A stretch of DNA of 64,000 nucleotides, from positions 87,491 to 151,490 of the IMG/VR virus record IMGVR_UViG_3300044652_000025. The stretch is one strand, 5' to 3'. The notes under the pieces were generated by a model. The model searched no databases. It saw nothing but the letters and a program-made list of their open reading frames with translations, and was not told the origin of the DNA. Positions within the stretch are counted from its first letter, which is position 1. Each line of letters opens with the position of its first letter. Source of the stretch: a virus (Duplodnaviria; Caudoviricetes). The position numbers and the translations under genes were made by a program. This document shows positions 54,191-63,584 of the stretch, piece by piece.

Positions 54191-54382
54191 TTAGTGGATG
54201 GTGACGTGGCTGCCGGACTGGACGATGAGTTCGACCATCCAGGACGCAGTCAGGAATGCGAGGCCCAGCCAGCCCCAGTGCCAGGCTCGGGCGACGTTGG
54301 GGGTGCTGGACGGCAGCCCGTAGGCGGCCAGCAGGAAGCAGAAGATAGCGATCAGACCGAGGATGAAGGCGATGATCTCCAT
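54191..54382 (-). CDS. Small two-TM protein (holin-like)
   Basis: Two hydrophobic segments; RBS AAGGAGG. Confidence 0.65.
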   Translation of the reverse strand: MEIIAFILGLIAIFCFLLAAYGLPSSTPNVARAWHWGWLGLAFLTASWMVELIVQSGSHVTIH

Positions 54383-54474
54383 GTGGTCCTCCTTACACCG
54401 AGAGTGGTCCCGGAAGGATTCCCCCTGGTCAGGCCGTCCATCCCTTCAAATGATCTTGGAGCGCATGGACATCG

Positions 54475-54777
54475 TCAGGGATTCTGAAGCACGAATCGGT
54501 CGGTCAGGATGACGACCGATGACGGCCCATCGGCGACGGTCACCGTGACGTCATACGTCCCCGCCGCCAGCCCGTCTGTTTGGAGGGAAAACGAGTAGTC
54601 GCCGGTCCCCAGTCGGGTGAACCCGGTCGGGCTGACCGTCACCGGTGTCCCGGCCCGCGACAGCAACGACAGTGTCACGGTGGCGGGATCGACAGGCTTC
54701 TTGGTCCCCGGCGAGCTAATCCGGGTCGAGAGGACGACAGTCTCGCCGATGACGAAGGACCGCGGCGGGCTAGCCAC
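54475..54777 (-). CDS. Ig-like virion protein
   Basis: IGETV...GDYSF...GTY beta pattern. Confidence 0.65.
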   Translation of the reverse strand: MASPPRSFVIGETVVLSTRISSPGTKKPVDPATVTLSLLSRAGTPVTVSPTGFTRLGTGDYSFSLQTDGLAAGTYDVTVTVADGPSSVVILTDRFVLQNP

Positions 54778-55246
54778 GGCTGATCCTCAGGATCGCGTCG
54801 AACGGCACCGTGATCTCCAACTCGCCGTCGTAGACGCGCTCGATGACGAGGTCGGCATTGAAGGCGCCGCCGATGTCGAGGCTGGCCAGGAAGGCCATCG
54901 TCTGGCCGCCCTGGATGAAGCTCTGGGCCGTCATGGTGACGAGGTTGCCGACGTCGTCCCACACCGACCCCCGCAACGACAGCGGTCCGACGGGAATGGC
55001 ATCGGAGGGGACCGAAATCCGCAGCGTCCGGATGTCGACGGCCTCGTAGCCGACGACGGATTGGATCCCGAGGCTGTCGGCCAATACGAACTCGGCACCG
55101 CCGATGTCCTCGTCGGCCGAGACGACGACCACCCAGGTCGCCGGTGGGGTGATCGAGTGCGGCGCCGAGACTTGGAGTTTCGGGGGCCGGGTGTCGAGAG
55201 CGATCTCGACCCACGACGGGTTGACGGCGACAGTCAGGCTGACCAC
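54770..55246 (-). CDS. Ig-like virion protein
   Basis: LDTRPP, DDVGN. Confidence 0.65.
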   Translation of the reverse strand: MVSLTVAVNPSWVEIALDTRPPKLQVSAPHSITPPATWVVVVSADEDIGGAEFVLADSLGIQSVVGYEAVDIRTLRISVPSDAIPVGPLSLRGSVWDDVGNLVTMTAQSFIQGGQTMAFLASLDIGGAFNADLVIERVYDGELEITVPFDAILRISRG

Positions 55247-55914
55247 ACCCCGGAGCTTCTGGTGAAAATCTTGACGATCTTGACGGTGTCGCCAGGCGAC
55301 GCCGCTTCGAGGTCGGCCCCCTTGATGGTGGTGGTGATCGGGGTGTTGGGAGCGAAAGACCCACTACCGGAGGTGGCGACCGAACCCCCGGTAGTGGGCA
55401 CCACCACGCCAGCAGACTCGGGGCTGCCGGTGGTGGGGACCACACGCACCTCGTAGCGGTCAAAGGCCATGTTGGCCTCCCAGCTGAAAATGGCGGTGTC
55501 GTGCGGAGCGACCTTTGAGATCCGACCATGGTCGACCGGGGTGGTGATGGTGACCACCGGCACCGTGGTGTCGTAGTCGATGTAATCACTGAAAGGCAGC
55601 GTCTGGTTGTAGACGTCATCCCGCAGCCGCGCCCAGACGGTCTTCCGGCCGGTCCCGGGAGCGAGCCGGACGGCGTAGTTGACCTGGAAGGCCTGCCACT
55701 GCGAGGTGTTCTCGCTGGCCTGGACGGCCGGGTCGTAGGTCGGGTCGACGTCGCCCCAGATGATCATGGAGGCGACGTCGCGGGCGCCGGTCTCAAAGTC
55801 GCTCGTCCCCAGTGTGACGTTGACGTCCCGGCTGCCGGTCAGGGACGCCCCGCCGTTGATGAGGACGGAGGGATTGGCCGGAGGCCTGGTATCGAGAGTG
55901 AGGGTGAAGGTCAC
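55234..55914 (-). CDS. Ig-like virion protein (226 aa)
   Basis: GTGA-coupled start; LTLDTRPPANPSVLINGGA...IWGDVD...RDDVYN. Confidence 0.75.
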   Translation of the reverse strand: MTFTLTLDTRPPANPSVLINGGASLTGSRDVNVTLGTSDFETGARDVASMIIWGDVDPTYDPAVQASENTSQWQAFQVNYAVRLAPGTGRKTVWARLRDDVYNQTLPFSDYIDYDTTVPVVTITTPVDHGRISKVAPHDTAIFSWEANMAFDRYEVRVVPTTGSPESAGVVVPTTGGSVATSGSGSFAPNTPITTTIKGADLEAASPGDTVKIVKIFTRSSGVWSA

Positions 55915-56555
55915 GACGCCTTCACGAGCCGTGCCCCGCAGAACGTCCGGGGCGACGTGTTCGGGCTGTTGTTGTTGGTGAGCCGCAGGTTGTAGAGCTT
56001 GGCCGACTGGACCGCCTGGGCGGACTGGGGCGTGGCCGTCAGTTGGAGTTCGCCGATGGCTCCGAAGGCCGGAGGTGTCACGTTGCTGGTGGCCACCAGC
56101 GGCGGGGCCGAGAAGGGCAGCGGGTCGTTGCTGCCGTACCACTGCTGCCCGAAGCTCCAGGTCACGTAGTTGTCGGTGTCGCCGCCCTGGTTGGAGTACC
56201 AGACGTAGATGTCGAAGGTCTGCCAGTCCTGGGGCAACCGCAGAACGGTGTCGAAGACGTAGTTGGTGTCGGGGCTGATCGACCACTGCCACAGGCCGAA
56301 GGTGGTGTTGGTGAGGGTGGTTCCGGCGCCGGTGGCATGGAACTCGTTGGCGGGGATGAAGATCTCGGTCAGCCCGGCCCCGCCCGGCGAGTCGGAGATC
56401 GGCCCGAGGTCGATGACCTCGTCGCCGATCGCGGTGGATACCACCCGCTGCCACTCCTCGTCGGTCAGGATGACCTGGGCGCCCTCGTCATAGATCTCTC
56501 CGTTCGGGAGGGTGACCTCGTGCTTTCCGGCCGCGATCTGGACCTTGCGAGACAT
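55911..56555 (-). CDS. Virion protein with shared N-terminal anchor
   Basis: Start MSRKVQIAAGKHEVTLPNGEIYDEG. Confidence 0.75.
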   Translation of the reverse strand: MSRKVQIAAGKHEVTLPNGEIYDEGAQVILTDEEWQRVVSTAIGDEVIDLGPISDSPGGAGLTEIFIPANEFHATGAGTTLTNTTFGLWQWSISPDTNYVFDTVLRLPQDWQTFDIYVWYSNQGGDTDNYVTWSFGQQWYGSNDPLPFSAPPLVATSNVTPPAFGAIGELQLTATPQSAQAVQSAKLYNLRLTNNNSPNTSPRTFCGARLVKAS

Positions 56556-56556
56556 C

Positions 56557-56742
56557 TCAGGCGGCCTCCTGACGCCCCTTCTCCAAGGCGCGGTTGACGG
56601 CACCGATGGCCGCCTCGATGTTGAACTCCTCACCTTCGGTACCGATCTTGCCCATGTCGATGGCCTTACGGGCGGCGTTGATGAGGATCTCGATATCGCC
56701 GGGCCGGACTTCGATGGTGATCTGAGGGACTCGGCTCATCAT
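56557..56742 (-). CDS. Small hypothetical protein
   Basis: RBS GGAGG. Confidence 0.65.
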   Translation of the reverse strand: MMSRVPQITIEVRPGDIEILINAARKAIDMGKIGTEGEEFNIEAAIGAVNRALEKGRQEAA

Positions 56743-56812
56743 TGGGATCGCACCTCCCCGGGGTGTTCTCTCACCCCTTAGGGAGGATTCCCCTTCCAGC
56801 CGCCAGGCTCCC

Positions 56813-57568
56813 CTACAGGCTCACAGTCTCCGTGATGGCCAGCTGGTCCCCGGATTGCATCGAGGCCGTCGAGTTCAAGAGCGTCTCGAAGGCCATGGTC
56901 CCACCGGTTGAAGCGTTGAAGATCCCGAGCTTGGCCACGACGATCGTCTGGTCGGACGTGAACGTCTTGGTCAAGGTGTAGCTGGCCGTGCCGCTGGTGT
57001 GGGCAAACGCCCCCTGCGCTCTGGTCAGTGAACCGGTTGTGATCTCACCGGTCAGCGTGGTATCCCCGGCGGCGGGCGCCGTGGTGTCGGCTGTCAGGCC
57101 GATGTAGTCGGCCGGACGCATGGTGCCGGTCCCCGCTCCGGCGGCCCCGCCCGAGCCCATGATGTTGGCCTGCCAGTCACGTCCGGCGTTGGTCCGGAGG
57201 TGGAAGAGCAGACCGGCGAGCAAGAAAGGGGCCATGGCCGTCGCGACCAGGTCGCTCATCCGGGGCAGCTTGTCGGCGCCGGTGTCCTTGCCCCAGCTGC
57301 GCGGCCGGGCGCTCTTGATCGAAAAATGACTCTTCAGGAGCTTGGTCAGGGCATCGGAGTCGGAATCGACCCAGGCCGGGCCTTGGCCGGACGCGTAGTG
57401 ATAGGCGAGGAGCCGCACCGCGCTCTGGAAGGCCTCCTCCAGCGACATCCCCTCTGGGAAGACCACCCTGGTCACCCGCTGGCCGTCGATCGGCCGGTAG
57501 AGGACGCGGTCCTCGCCGGGGTTGCGGTATCCCTCGATGGCGCTGTCATTGCCCGTCTCAAGCCACAT
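56813..57568 (-). CDS. Structural protein with tail-collar-fibre-like C-terminal domain
   Basis: TNAGRD...YIGL....AAGDTTLTGE...GIFNA..GG.M; RBS GGAGG before ATG 57568. Confidence 0.7.
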   Translation of the reverse strand: MWLETGNDSAIEGYRNPGEDRVLYRPIDGQRVTRVVFPEGMSLEEAFQSAVRLLAYHYASGQGPAWVDSDSDALTKLLKSHFSIKSARPRSWGKDTGADKLPRMSDLVATAMAPFLLAGLLFHLRTNAGRDWQANIMGSGGAAGAGTGTMRPADYIGLTADTTAPAAGDTTLTGEITTGSLTRAQGAFAHTSGTASYTLTKTFTSDQTIVVAKLGIFNASTGGTMAFETLLNSTASMQSGDQLAITETVSL

Positions 57569-57614
57569 CGCGATCCTCCTCACTCCTTCGTCGCCAGCCG
57601 CGGCGGTCGGACAG

Positions 57615-58193
57615 TCACTTCCGGGCCTTGAGGATCACCGTGATGTCACTGATGACATTAAAGTAATGCTGTGTGGCGAACAGCCGGGCCTCCTCCGACT
57701 TCAGATGCCAGGGAGGGTTATAGGCGGCGGTCAGGGTCTCGACCTCGAAGTCACACTCCACCGGGTAGTGGTCGAGCCCCTGCTCCTTGCGCCAGTCCCG
57801 GCTGAAGTACGGCCATGTGTTCTCCGAGATGGCCCGGACATGCGTCGGGTCCTGCCAGGCCCGGATGGAGGTGTAGTAGGGCGAGATGATCGTGAAGGAC
57901 CCCTCGTCCTTCAGCACCCTCCAGGCGTTGTCCATGAACTTGAGCAGGTCCCGGACGTGCTCGATGTAGTGGCTGGCGTGAAGCTCGTCGACCGAGTTGT
58001 CGGCCCAGGGCCAAGGGTCGTTCTCCAGGTCGAGGACCCACTCGACGCCTTCGCCGGGCCAGATGTCGGCCCCCTGGAAGCCCTCCCGGACGTGCTGACC
58101 GCAGGCGAGATCGACGCGGAGCGGTTGCGGCTTGGCCGTGCGAGCGGGGCGCTTGGCGGGAGCCTTCCTGGCCGGAGGCTTCTTGGCTGCCAT
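57615..58193 (-). CDS. Class I SAM-dependent methyltransferase
   Basis: VDLACG...DNSVD...HYIEH...WRVLKDEG...DPTH. Confidence 0.88.
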   Translation of the reverse strand: MAAKKPPARKAPAKRPARTAKPQPLRVDLACGQHVREGFQGADIWPGEGVEWVLDLENDPWPWADNSVDELHASHYIEHVRDLLKFMDNAWRVLKDEGSFTIISPYYTSIRAWQDPTHVRAISENTWPYFSRDWRKEQGLDHYPVECDFEVETLTAAYNPPWHLKSEEARLFATQHYFNVISDITVILKARK

Positions 58194-58200
58194 CGTTCTC

Positions 58201-58452
58201 CTATCCCGGCACCAGGGCGCCGACGTAGCTGTTGATCACCGCCTGGGCCTGCGCCGACCAGACGGCGATCTGGGCGTTGGAGGGTGAGAGCCCGGTCCAA
58301 CTGACGCTCTGCTTCAGCACCAGATCGCCGGTCGTGTTGCAGGTCAGGTAGAAGTCGGCCACGTTGGTCCCGGCGGTGGGCGTCGAGCCGTCCGCCGACC
58401 CGGTGAACGAGTAGCCCCGCATACTCACCGTCATCGACCACAGGACCGCCAC
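58201..58452 (-). CDS. Hypothetical protein
   Basis: Tight packing. Confidence 0.6.
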   Translation of the reverse strand: MAVLWSMTVSMRGYSFTGSADGSTPTAGTNVADFYLTCNTTGDLVLKQSVSWTGLSPSNAQIAVWSAQAQAVINSYVGALVPG

Positions 58453-58455
58453 GAC

Positions 58456-58728
58456 TCAGTCGACCTTCGCTTCCCCACCCGAGGCGTCCCCCGACGGCGG
58501 CTCCTCGGGGTTCGTCCCGGTCTCCTCCCGCCACCGCTGGACGAGGTCGCGAAGCTCATCGTCGCCGAGGCTCCGCAGGTCGTTGAGGTCCGACTGTCCC
58601 GACGCCCAGTCCACGAACTCCTGGGCCTCACCAGCCTCCCGGAAGGTCGGGCCGAAGGCGTAGCCGCTGACGCTGTCGTACATGCAACTCATGTTCTCGG
58701 TGGTGTCGTTGAGGGTGCGGACGCTCAT
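58456..58728 (-). CDS. Hypothetical acidic protein
   Basis: RBS AAGGAGG. Confidence 0.7.
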   Translation of the reverse strand: MSVRTLNDTTENMSCMYDSVSGYAFGPTFREAGEAQEFVDWASGQSDLNDLRSLGDDELRDLVQRWREETGTNPEEPPSGDASGGEAKVD

Positions 58729-58737
58729 GCTCCTCCT

Positions 58738-59457
58738 TTACCAAACGATCCCGGTGTCCGTCTCCAGGTGGCCGACCAGGACCCGAGCGTCGCACGCCAC
58801 CCGCAGGCCCGCTTCTCTAGCTCGGGCGAAGAAGTACAAGTCCTGGGTGAACAGGCTGGCGCCCTGGCCCGGCTTGTAGCTCTGCTCGGTCACGAACCAC
58901 GGCGGCTCGACCTTGCGGAAGGTGTCGATCTTGAACAGGGTGAACCCCATGCCCAGACCGTTGCACTCGGTGACGGCGTTGGCCTCGGGGATCTGAGGCC
59001 GGAAGTTGAGGATCTCCTTGGGGTCGCCGTAGCACATGGGCTGACCGCCCGGACCCTTCGTCCAGTACAGGCCTCCGATCGCCGCATACTTCCCGATGTC
59101 TTCGTAGAGCCGCAGGAGCCCGTCCGGGGGCGGGAGGTTGTCCTCCTCCAGGGTCAGCATGTACTTGAACTTCGACAGCTGGGGGTGGGCCAGGATCGTC
59201 TCGACCGCCCAGTTGTAGGCCGCCCCGACCTCCATGTCCTCGACGAAGAGGCGGACGGTCTTCTGGTTCATCGGCATCATGAGGGTCATCCACGACTGGA
59301 CGACCCGGGCCGGGATCTTGCCCAGGGTGGGGATCACGATGACCGTCGAGAGATCCTTGTAGCCCTGGCCTTTGACCAACCGCTCTTGGGACTGGTCAAA
59401 GTTGAGGTTGTGGAAGCCCGGGGCTGAGGCCGGAGCTTCTTCCATGAGGATCTTCAT
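58738..59457 (-). CDS. GT-A (family 2-like) glycosyltransferase
   Basis: IVIPT...YN.AV...LTLEEDN...GMGFTL...PWF...DLYF...VGH; TGATG-coupled start. Confidence 0.8.
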   Translation of the reverse strand: MKILMEEAPASAPGFHNLNFDQSQERLVKGQGYKDLSTVIVIPTLGKIPARVVQSWMTLMMPMNQKTVRLFVEDMEVGAAYNWAVETILAHPQLSKFKYMLTLEEDNLPPPDGLLRLYEDIGKYAAIGGLYWTKGPGGQPMCYGDPKEILNFRPQIPEANAVTECNGLGMGFTLFKIDTFRKVEPPWFVTEQSYKPGQGASLFTQDLYFFARAREAGLRVACDARVLVGHLETDTGIVW

Positions 59458-60413
59458 CAGGCTCCCAGTGCTCGGAAGATGAGGTCGTTCTGACGGGCGT
59501 TCGTGCTGTGGCCAGCGATCTGGCTGGCGACCATGCTGCCGGGCATCGCGGTGGAGAAGGAGGATGAGAAGATCCCGAAGCCAGGGAACTCGCGCTGCGA
59601 AGTCGCCGACGCCACGCCCGCCCACCCGGTGAAGGGAATCGTGGAGTTGAGCGACTCGCCGAGAATAGACATTGTCTGGCCGCCGCTTGTCCGGAGCCAC
59701 AGCGCAGCTACGTAGTCCCCGGGCGTCATGTAGGCGTTGAAGGGGATCGACCACTGTCGGAAGCCGTTGTACAGCGAGGAGTTCGACGTCACCCAGGTAT
59801 AGGAGATCGACCCGCTCGTCGCCAGAGCCAGCGAGGTGGTGTTGGCCCAGGTGTAGAGGGCGGCGCTGGCCGAGATGGTGTACGAGCCCGTCGTCGTGTT
59901 GCTGATCTGCATGAGCCAGTCAACTTCGGTGGCCGTTATGTTCCACTCGATCTGGAGAGGTTGAACGGTCATCCCACCAGTCGCGACGTTGGCCGAATGG
60001 AACGACTGGCCGAAGGTCTGGGCGAACATCGAACGCGTCGCACTCTGGCCCAGGATGGTGATCGACTGGGCGTTCTGGGAGAGGGTGATGTTGGCCCCAC
60101 CGGCCAGCTGGACCGTCCCTGTCGAGATCGTCGCCATGACCCCGGCGGTATTCCCGGCCAGCTGCATGGCCCCCAGGTCGTTGCTGGCCGAGATCGTGAT
60201 GGCATTGCCGTTCTGGGACAGGACGACCCCATTACCTCCGGCCAGGGTCAGCGTCCCGGACGACACTTGGGCCATGGCCCCGGCGGTGTTACCGGAGAGA
60301 GTCAGGTTGAAGTTGCCGCCGCCCGGCCCCTGGCTGCCCGTCGCCCCGGTCGGCCCCGGCGGACCGGAGATGACGTCCCAGGACGTCCCGTTCCATACCT
60401 TCAACGCGGGCAC
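59457..60413 (-). CDS. Ser/Thr-rich fibre protein with short collagen-like stretch
   Basis: KVWNGTSW; GPPGPTGATGSQGPG; 2x GNTAG.MA...GT..LAGG.....SQN...ITI. Confidence 0.75.
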   Translation of the reverse strand: MPALKVWNGTSWDVISGPPGPTGATGSQGPGGGNFNLTLSGNTAGAMAQVSSGTLTLAGGNGVVLSQNGNAITISASNDLGAMQLAGNTAGVMATISTGTVQLAGGANITLSQNAQSITILGQSATRSMFAQTFGQSFHSANVATGGMTVQPLQIEWNITATEVDWLMQISNTTTGSYTISASAALYTWANTTSLALATSGSISYTWVTSNSSLYNGFRQWSIPFNAYMTPGDYVAALWLRTSGGQTMSILGESLNSTIPFTGWAGVASATSQREFPGFGIFSSSFSTAMPGSMVASQIAGHSTNARQNDLIFRALGA

Positions 60414-60425
60414 GTCAGACCTCCA

Positions 60426-61085
60426 TCAGATCTTCACCCGGCCCCAGTTGGGGTGCGGCGTCGCGGCGCCCTGGATCTCGATGCCGACGATCGACCACGG
60501 TCCGGCGCTGGTGTTGTTCGCGATGCCCCAACTCTGCGCCCCGCCCGCTGTGCCATTCTGCTCGTAGACGGCCATGCTGTAGAGGTTCGTGTCCTGGGCG
60601 AGTTCCCGCTGGGTGGCGGTGCCCGGGACCGGCGTCGTGCCCGTCACCGTCTTGCCAAGCCAGTCGAACGCCCCCCAGCAGACGAACGACGTGGCCGCCG
60701 CCGTCATGGTGGTCGTCAGCGCGCTGGTGTGCTGCTCCATGGTGTTGCCGATCCCTGTCGCTCCCCGCAGGACCCAGAAGTACGCCCCCCAGTCGCTCGA
60801 TCCCGGCCCATTGGCCGTGATGCTCCCCGTCGGGCTGTTGGTCACGGCCGTGCAGGTGAAGACCGCCGTCGAGGGGGAACCGGTGCTGTGGTACCCGGCC
60901 CGCTCCGTGAAGGTCTCCCCGGTGGCGGTCGGCACCGCGAAGGTGGTCTGCGAAGCGGCGTTCGACTCGATGCCCACGATGATGTCGCCGACCTGCCAGC
61001 CCCCTGAGGGGAAGATGCTGGTGCTCGCCCCCCACGGCCCGAAGGCCGCACCGAGGTCGGTGTAGGACACGACGGTGATGGCCAT
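60426..61085 (-). CDS. Virion appendage protein
   Basis: Resembles the C-terminal domain of 29810-31468 (Q.GD...V). Confidence 0.7.
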   Translation of the reverse strand: MAITVVSYTDLGAAFGPWGASTSIFPSGGWQVGDIIVGIESNAASQTTFAVPTATGETFTERAGYHSTGSPSTAVFTCTAVTNSPTGSITANGPGSSDWGAYFWVLRGATGIGNTMEQHTSALTTTMTAAATSFVCWGAFDWLGKTVTGTTPVPGTATQRELAQDTNLYSMAVYEQNGTAGGAQSWGIANNTSAGPWSIVGIEIQGAATPHPNWGRVKI

Positions 61086-61088
61086 GGC

Positions 61089-61850
61089 TCACGACCGTCG
61101 GTAGCGGACGAGGACGGTCAGATCCGACCCGGCGACGGTCGAACCGACCTGGACGATACTGACGGTCAGGTAGTCCCCGGCCGCCGCCGCGGTGACATCC
61201 GGAGTCGGCGGCGACGTGGAGGAGGCGTTCGACCCGGCGGTGATCGTCGGCCGGTTGGCGGTGGTGGTGTAGATCGTCGTGCCGTTCTTCAGGACGTCGA
61301 GGATGAGGTTGGCGCCGGTCGGAGCGGTCCCCACGGTGGCATAGGTGCCCACCAGCGTGACGGCGTAGGGGAACATGAACCGACTGACACCGGTCTTGAC
61401 CGCCAGCGTCCCGTCCGAGCCGAAGACGGCCAGGTCGTCCTGGGTCGTCGGGGTGATGCTGGTGTCCACCCACTGCTCGCCGACCTCGGGCAGAGCAGGC
61501 GCGGTGGAGGCGTAGGCCGTCAGGAACTCGCCGATGGTGTACCAGTTGACGCCGTCAGAGACGTAGGTGCAGGTCATGTACTGGGTGACGAGGACGTCGC
61601 TGGCCCGGCCGTCGATGGTGCCCGAGGCGGGGACGACCGTGATGACGTTGGCGGTGGCGTCGGTCTTCTTGACGGTGAGGGATCGGCCCGAGGAGACCGG
61701 CGGCAGGGTGAGGGTCCAGGTGCCCGCCGTGGCGTCGGCCAGGATCACCCCGTCAGTGGCAAGTGCCGAGTAGGTCGTCGTCTTCGCCTGGACGGTGCCG
61801 CCGGTGACGACCGTGGTGGTGACCGAGGGGTAGCCGTCGATACGGCCCAT
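61089..61850 (-). CDS. Tail-fibre-like protein
   Basis: KTTTY...ILADATAG..TLTLP...KKTD; C-terminal KNG...GDYL.V domain like 24153-26006. Confidence 0.75.
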   Translation of the reverse strand: MGRIDGYPSVTTTVVTGGTVQAKTTTYSALATDGVILADATAGTWTLTLPPVSSGRSLTVKKTDATANVITVVPASGTIDGRASDVLVTQYMTCTYVSDGVNWYTIGEFLTAYASTAPALPEVGEQWVDTSITPTTQDDLAVFGSDGTLAVKTGVSRFMFPYAVTLVGTYATVGTAPTGANLILDVLKNGTTIYTTTANRPTITAGSNASSTSPPTPDVTAAAAGDYLTVSIVQVGSTVAGSDLTVLVRYRRS

Positions 61851-63584
61851 CTACGACGCCGCCTCGTACTGGAATTGGATGTCGAGCGTGTTGCCCGATG
61901 CCCACGTCCAGGGGTGCGTCGGATCGACCGTTGTTTCAACGCCTGCGGGCCACGTCGCCGAGTAGACAAGTTGGAGGCTGCTCGACGCGTTGCTGATCCG
62001 GGCCAGGGCGTTGAGGCTGTTACCACCGGCATAGCCCTTGCCGGAGCCGATGACCACCCAGTTCGAAATGGAGATGGCGGGCGCGACGGGCAGCGAGAAT
62101 TGCCAGGTGCCGCTTCCCGCCGCACTGGTTGAGCCGTACTGGAAGAAGATGATGCCGATGACGGTGCGGCCGAGCTTGATGTATCGACCGTTCAGGACGG
62201 CGTTGCTGAGTGTCGGGTTGGTGGGGGACGCCGTCCACACCGGCGTGTAAGCCGTCCACGCCTCGCTAGCTATCAGCCCGGAGGTGACCGCCGAGCCCGT
62301 CGGCCACACCGTGGCGGTGATGTCCTCGATCCAGAAGAACGAGGGCGCGTTGGCGTTCGCGTACTGCTGCACGGTGCCAGTGCCGACGTTCCGCCAGCCA
62401 TAGACCTGATAGGTGTGTGTACCCGCCGAAGGCGAAATGATGGCATGGACGATGGCTCGGAACGCCTGGTTCGCCGTCGGCAGGCTGTACTGCGATTGCC
62501 CGAGGACTGTGCCGCCTTCCCGGATGTCGAGCACCGCGGCATCCCCCGCCACGGTCGATTGCAGATAGGAATCCGATATGAGCTTGAGGGTGCGTCCTGC
62601 GGGGACGGTGACGGTGAGGCTGAGTCCCGAGATCGCCGTCCCGGCCGAGGTGGTGGCGAGCGTTTGCCCGGCGGTGGTGACCTGAGCCTGTTCCAGCAGG
62701 GACGACGGCGCCGTGTTGGCCACGACCGGCTGGGGCGAGACGTCCTCCAGATAGATCTGGGCGGCCTGAAATGTGAGCGTGCCCGAGCCGGTGTCCCGGA
62801 CGATGTAGACGGCGTAGGTGTGCATCCCCGCCGTGGGCGAGTCGATCCAATACTGGAAGAAGTTCTCGCCCCATCCACCCGGCTGCGCCGAGTAAGCCGC
62901 GCTCCAGGTCGAGACGCCGTCCTTGTAGACCTTGACCCGCATGACGTCGGTGGCGACCGACGAGTAGGCCGAGACCCCGACGCTGATCTTGATGTTGCGC
63001 CCACCCGGAGTGGTGATTGAAGCGCTGCACCCATTCGACGTGTCGGTGGTGGTGATGCCGCTGGGCGATGTGCTCGACGACGCCTGAGCCAGCAGGCCGA
63101 CGGGGGTGGTGGTACCGCCGGGCGACGACGACCCGGCGAAGGTGATGTCCTCGACGGAGATGTAGGCCGGGTAGGTGGCGCCCGCCACCATGGTGAGATT
63201 TCCGCCACCGCCGTTGTCGCAGGTCAGACGGTAAGTGTGGGTCCCCGCGGCCGGACTGACGATGACGTCGGCCTGGAACTTCTCGGGGACGTTGGCGCCC
63301 GTCAGTCGGCGGTCGCACTGCTGAATCTGGGTGCCGTCCTGCTGGATGAACAGACGAGCCCCGGCGACGACGTTGACGGTGTCGTTCTGGAAGTAGCACT
63401 CACCGTGGATCCGGAGTGACCTTCCGGCAGCGACGGTGACCGTGACGCTGGCTCCGGTGATCGCCACCTGGGTCGTGATCCCGGATTGGTTGGCGGTGAT
63501 CGGCGGGCTCTGGCCGAGCAGCGCGCCGCCCGCGGAGTTGACCACGTTGCTGGTGGCGAGCGGGTACTGGCTGGTGCTCCCCAT
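61851..63584 (-). CDS. Tail fibre/receptor-binding protein with three repeated modules
   Basis: SP.AG.HTY x3; C-terminal WTAYTP...GRYIKLGRTV...FSLPV. Confidence 0.8.
   Translation of the reverse strand: MGSTSQYPLATSNVVNSAGGALLGQSPPITANQSGITTQVAITGASVTVTVAAGRSLRIHGECYFQNDTVNVVAGARLFIQQDGTQIQQCDRRLTGANVPEKFQADVIVSPAAGTHTYRLTCDNGGGGNLTMVAGATYPAYISVEDITFAGSSSPGGTTTPVGLLAQASSSTSPSGITTTDTSNGCSASITTPGGRNIKISVGVSAYSSVATDVMRVKVYKDGVSTWSAAYSAQPGGWGENFFQYWIDSPTAGMHTYAVYIVRDTGSGTLTFQAAQIYLEDVSPQPVVANTAPSSLLEQAQVTTAGQTLATTSAGTAISGLSLTVTVPAGRTLKLISDSYLQSTVAGDAAVLDIREGGTVLGQSQYSLPTANQAFRAIVHAIISPSAGTHTYQVYGWRNVGTGTVQQYANANAPSFFWIEDITATVWPTGSAVTSGLIASEAWTAYTPVWTASPTNPTLSNAVLNGRYIKLGRTVIGIIFFQYGSTSAAGSGTWQFSLPVAPAISISNWVVIGSGKGYAGGNSLNALARISNASSSLQLVYSATWPAGVETTVDPTHPWTWASGNTLDIQFQYEAAS

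Noticed and set aside
60320-60365. Collagen triple-helix fibre
   Set aside because: Only about five Gly-X-Y triplets; treated as a short linker.
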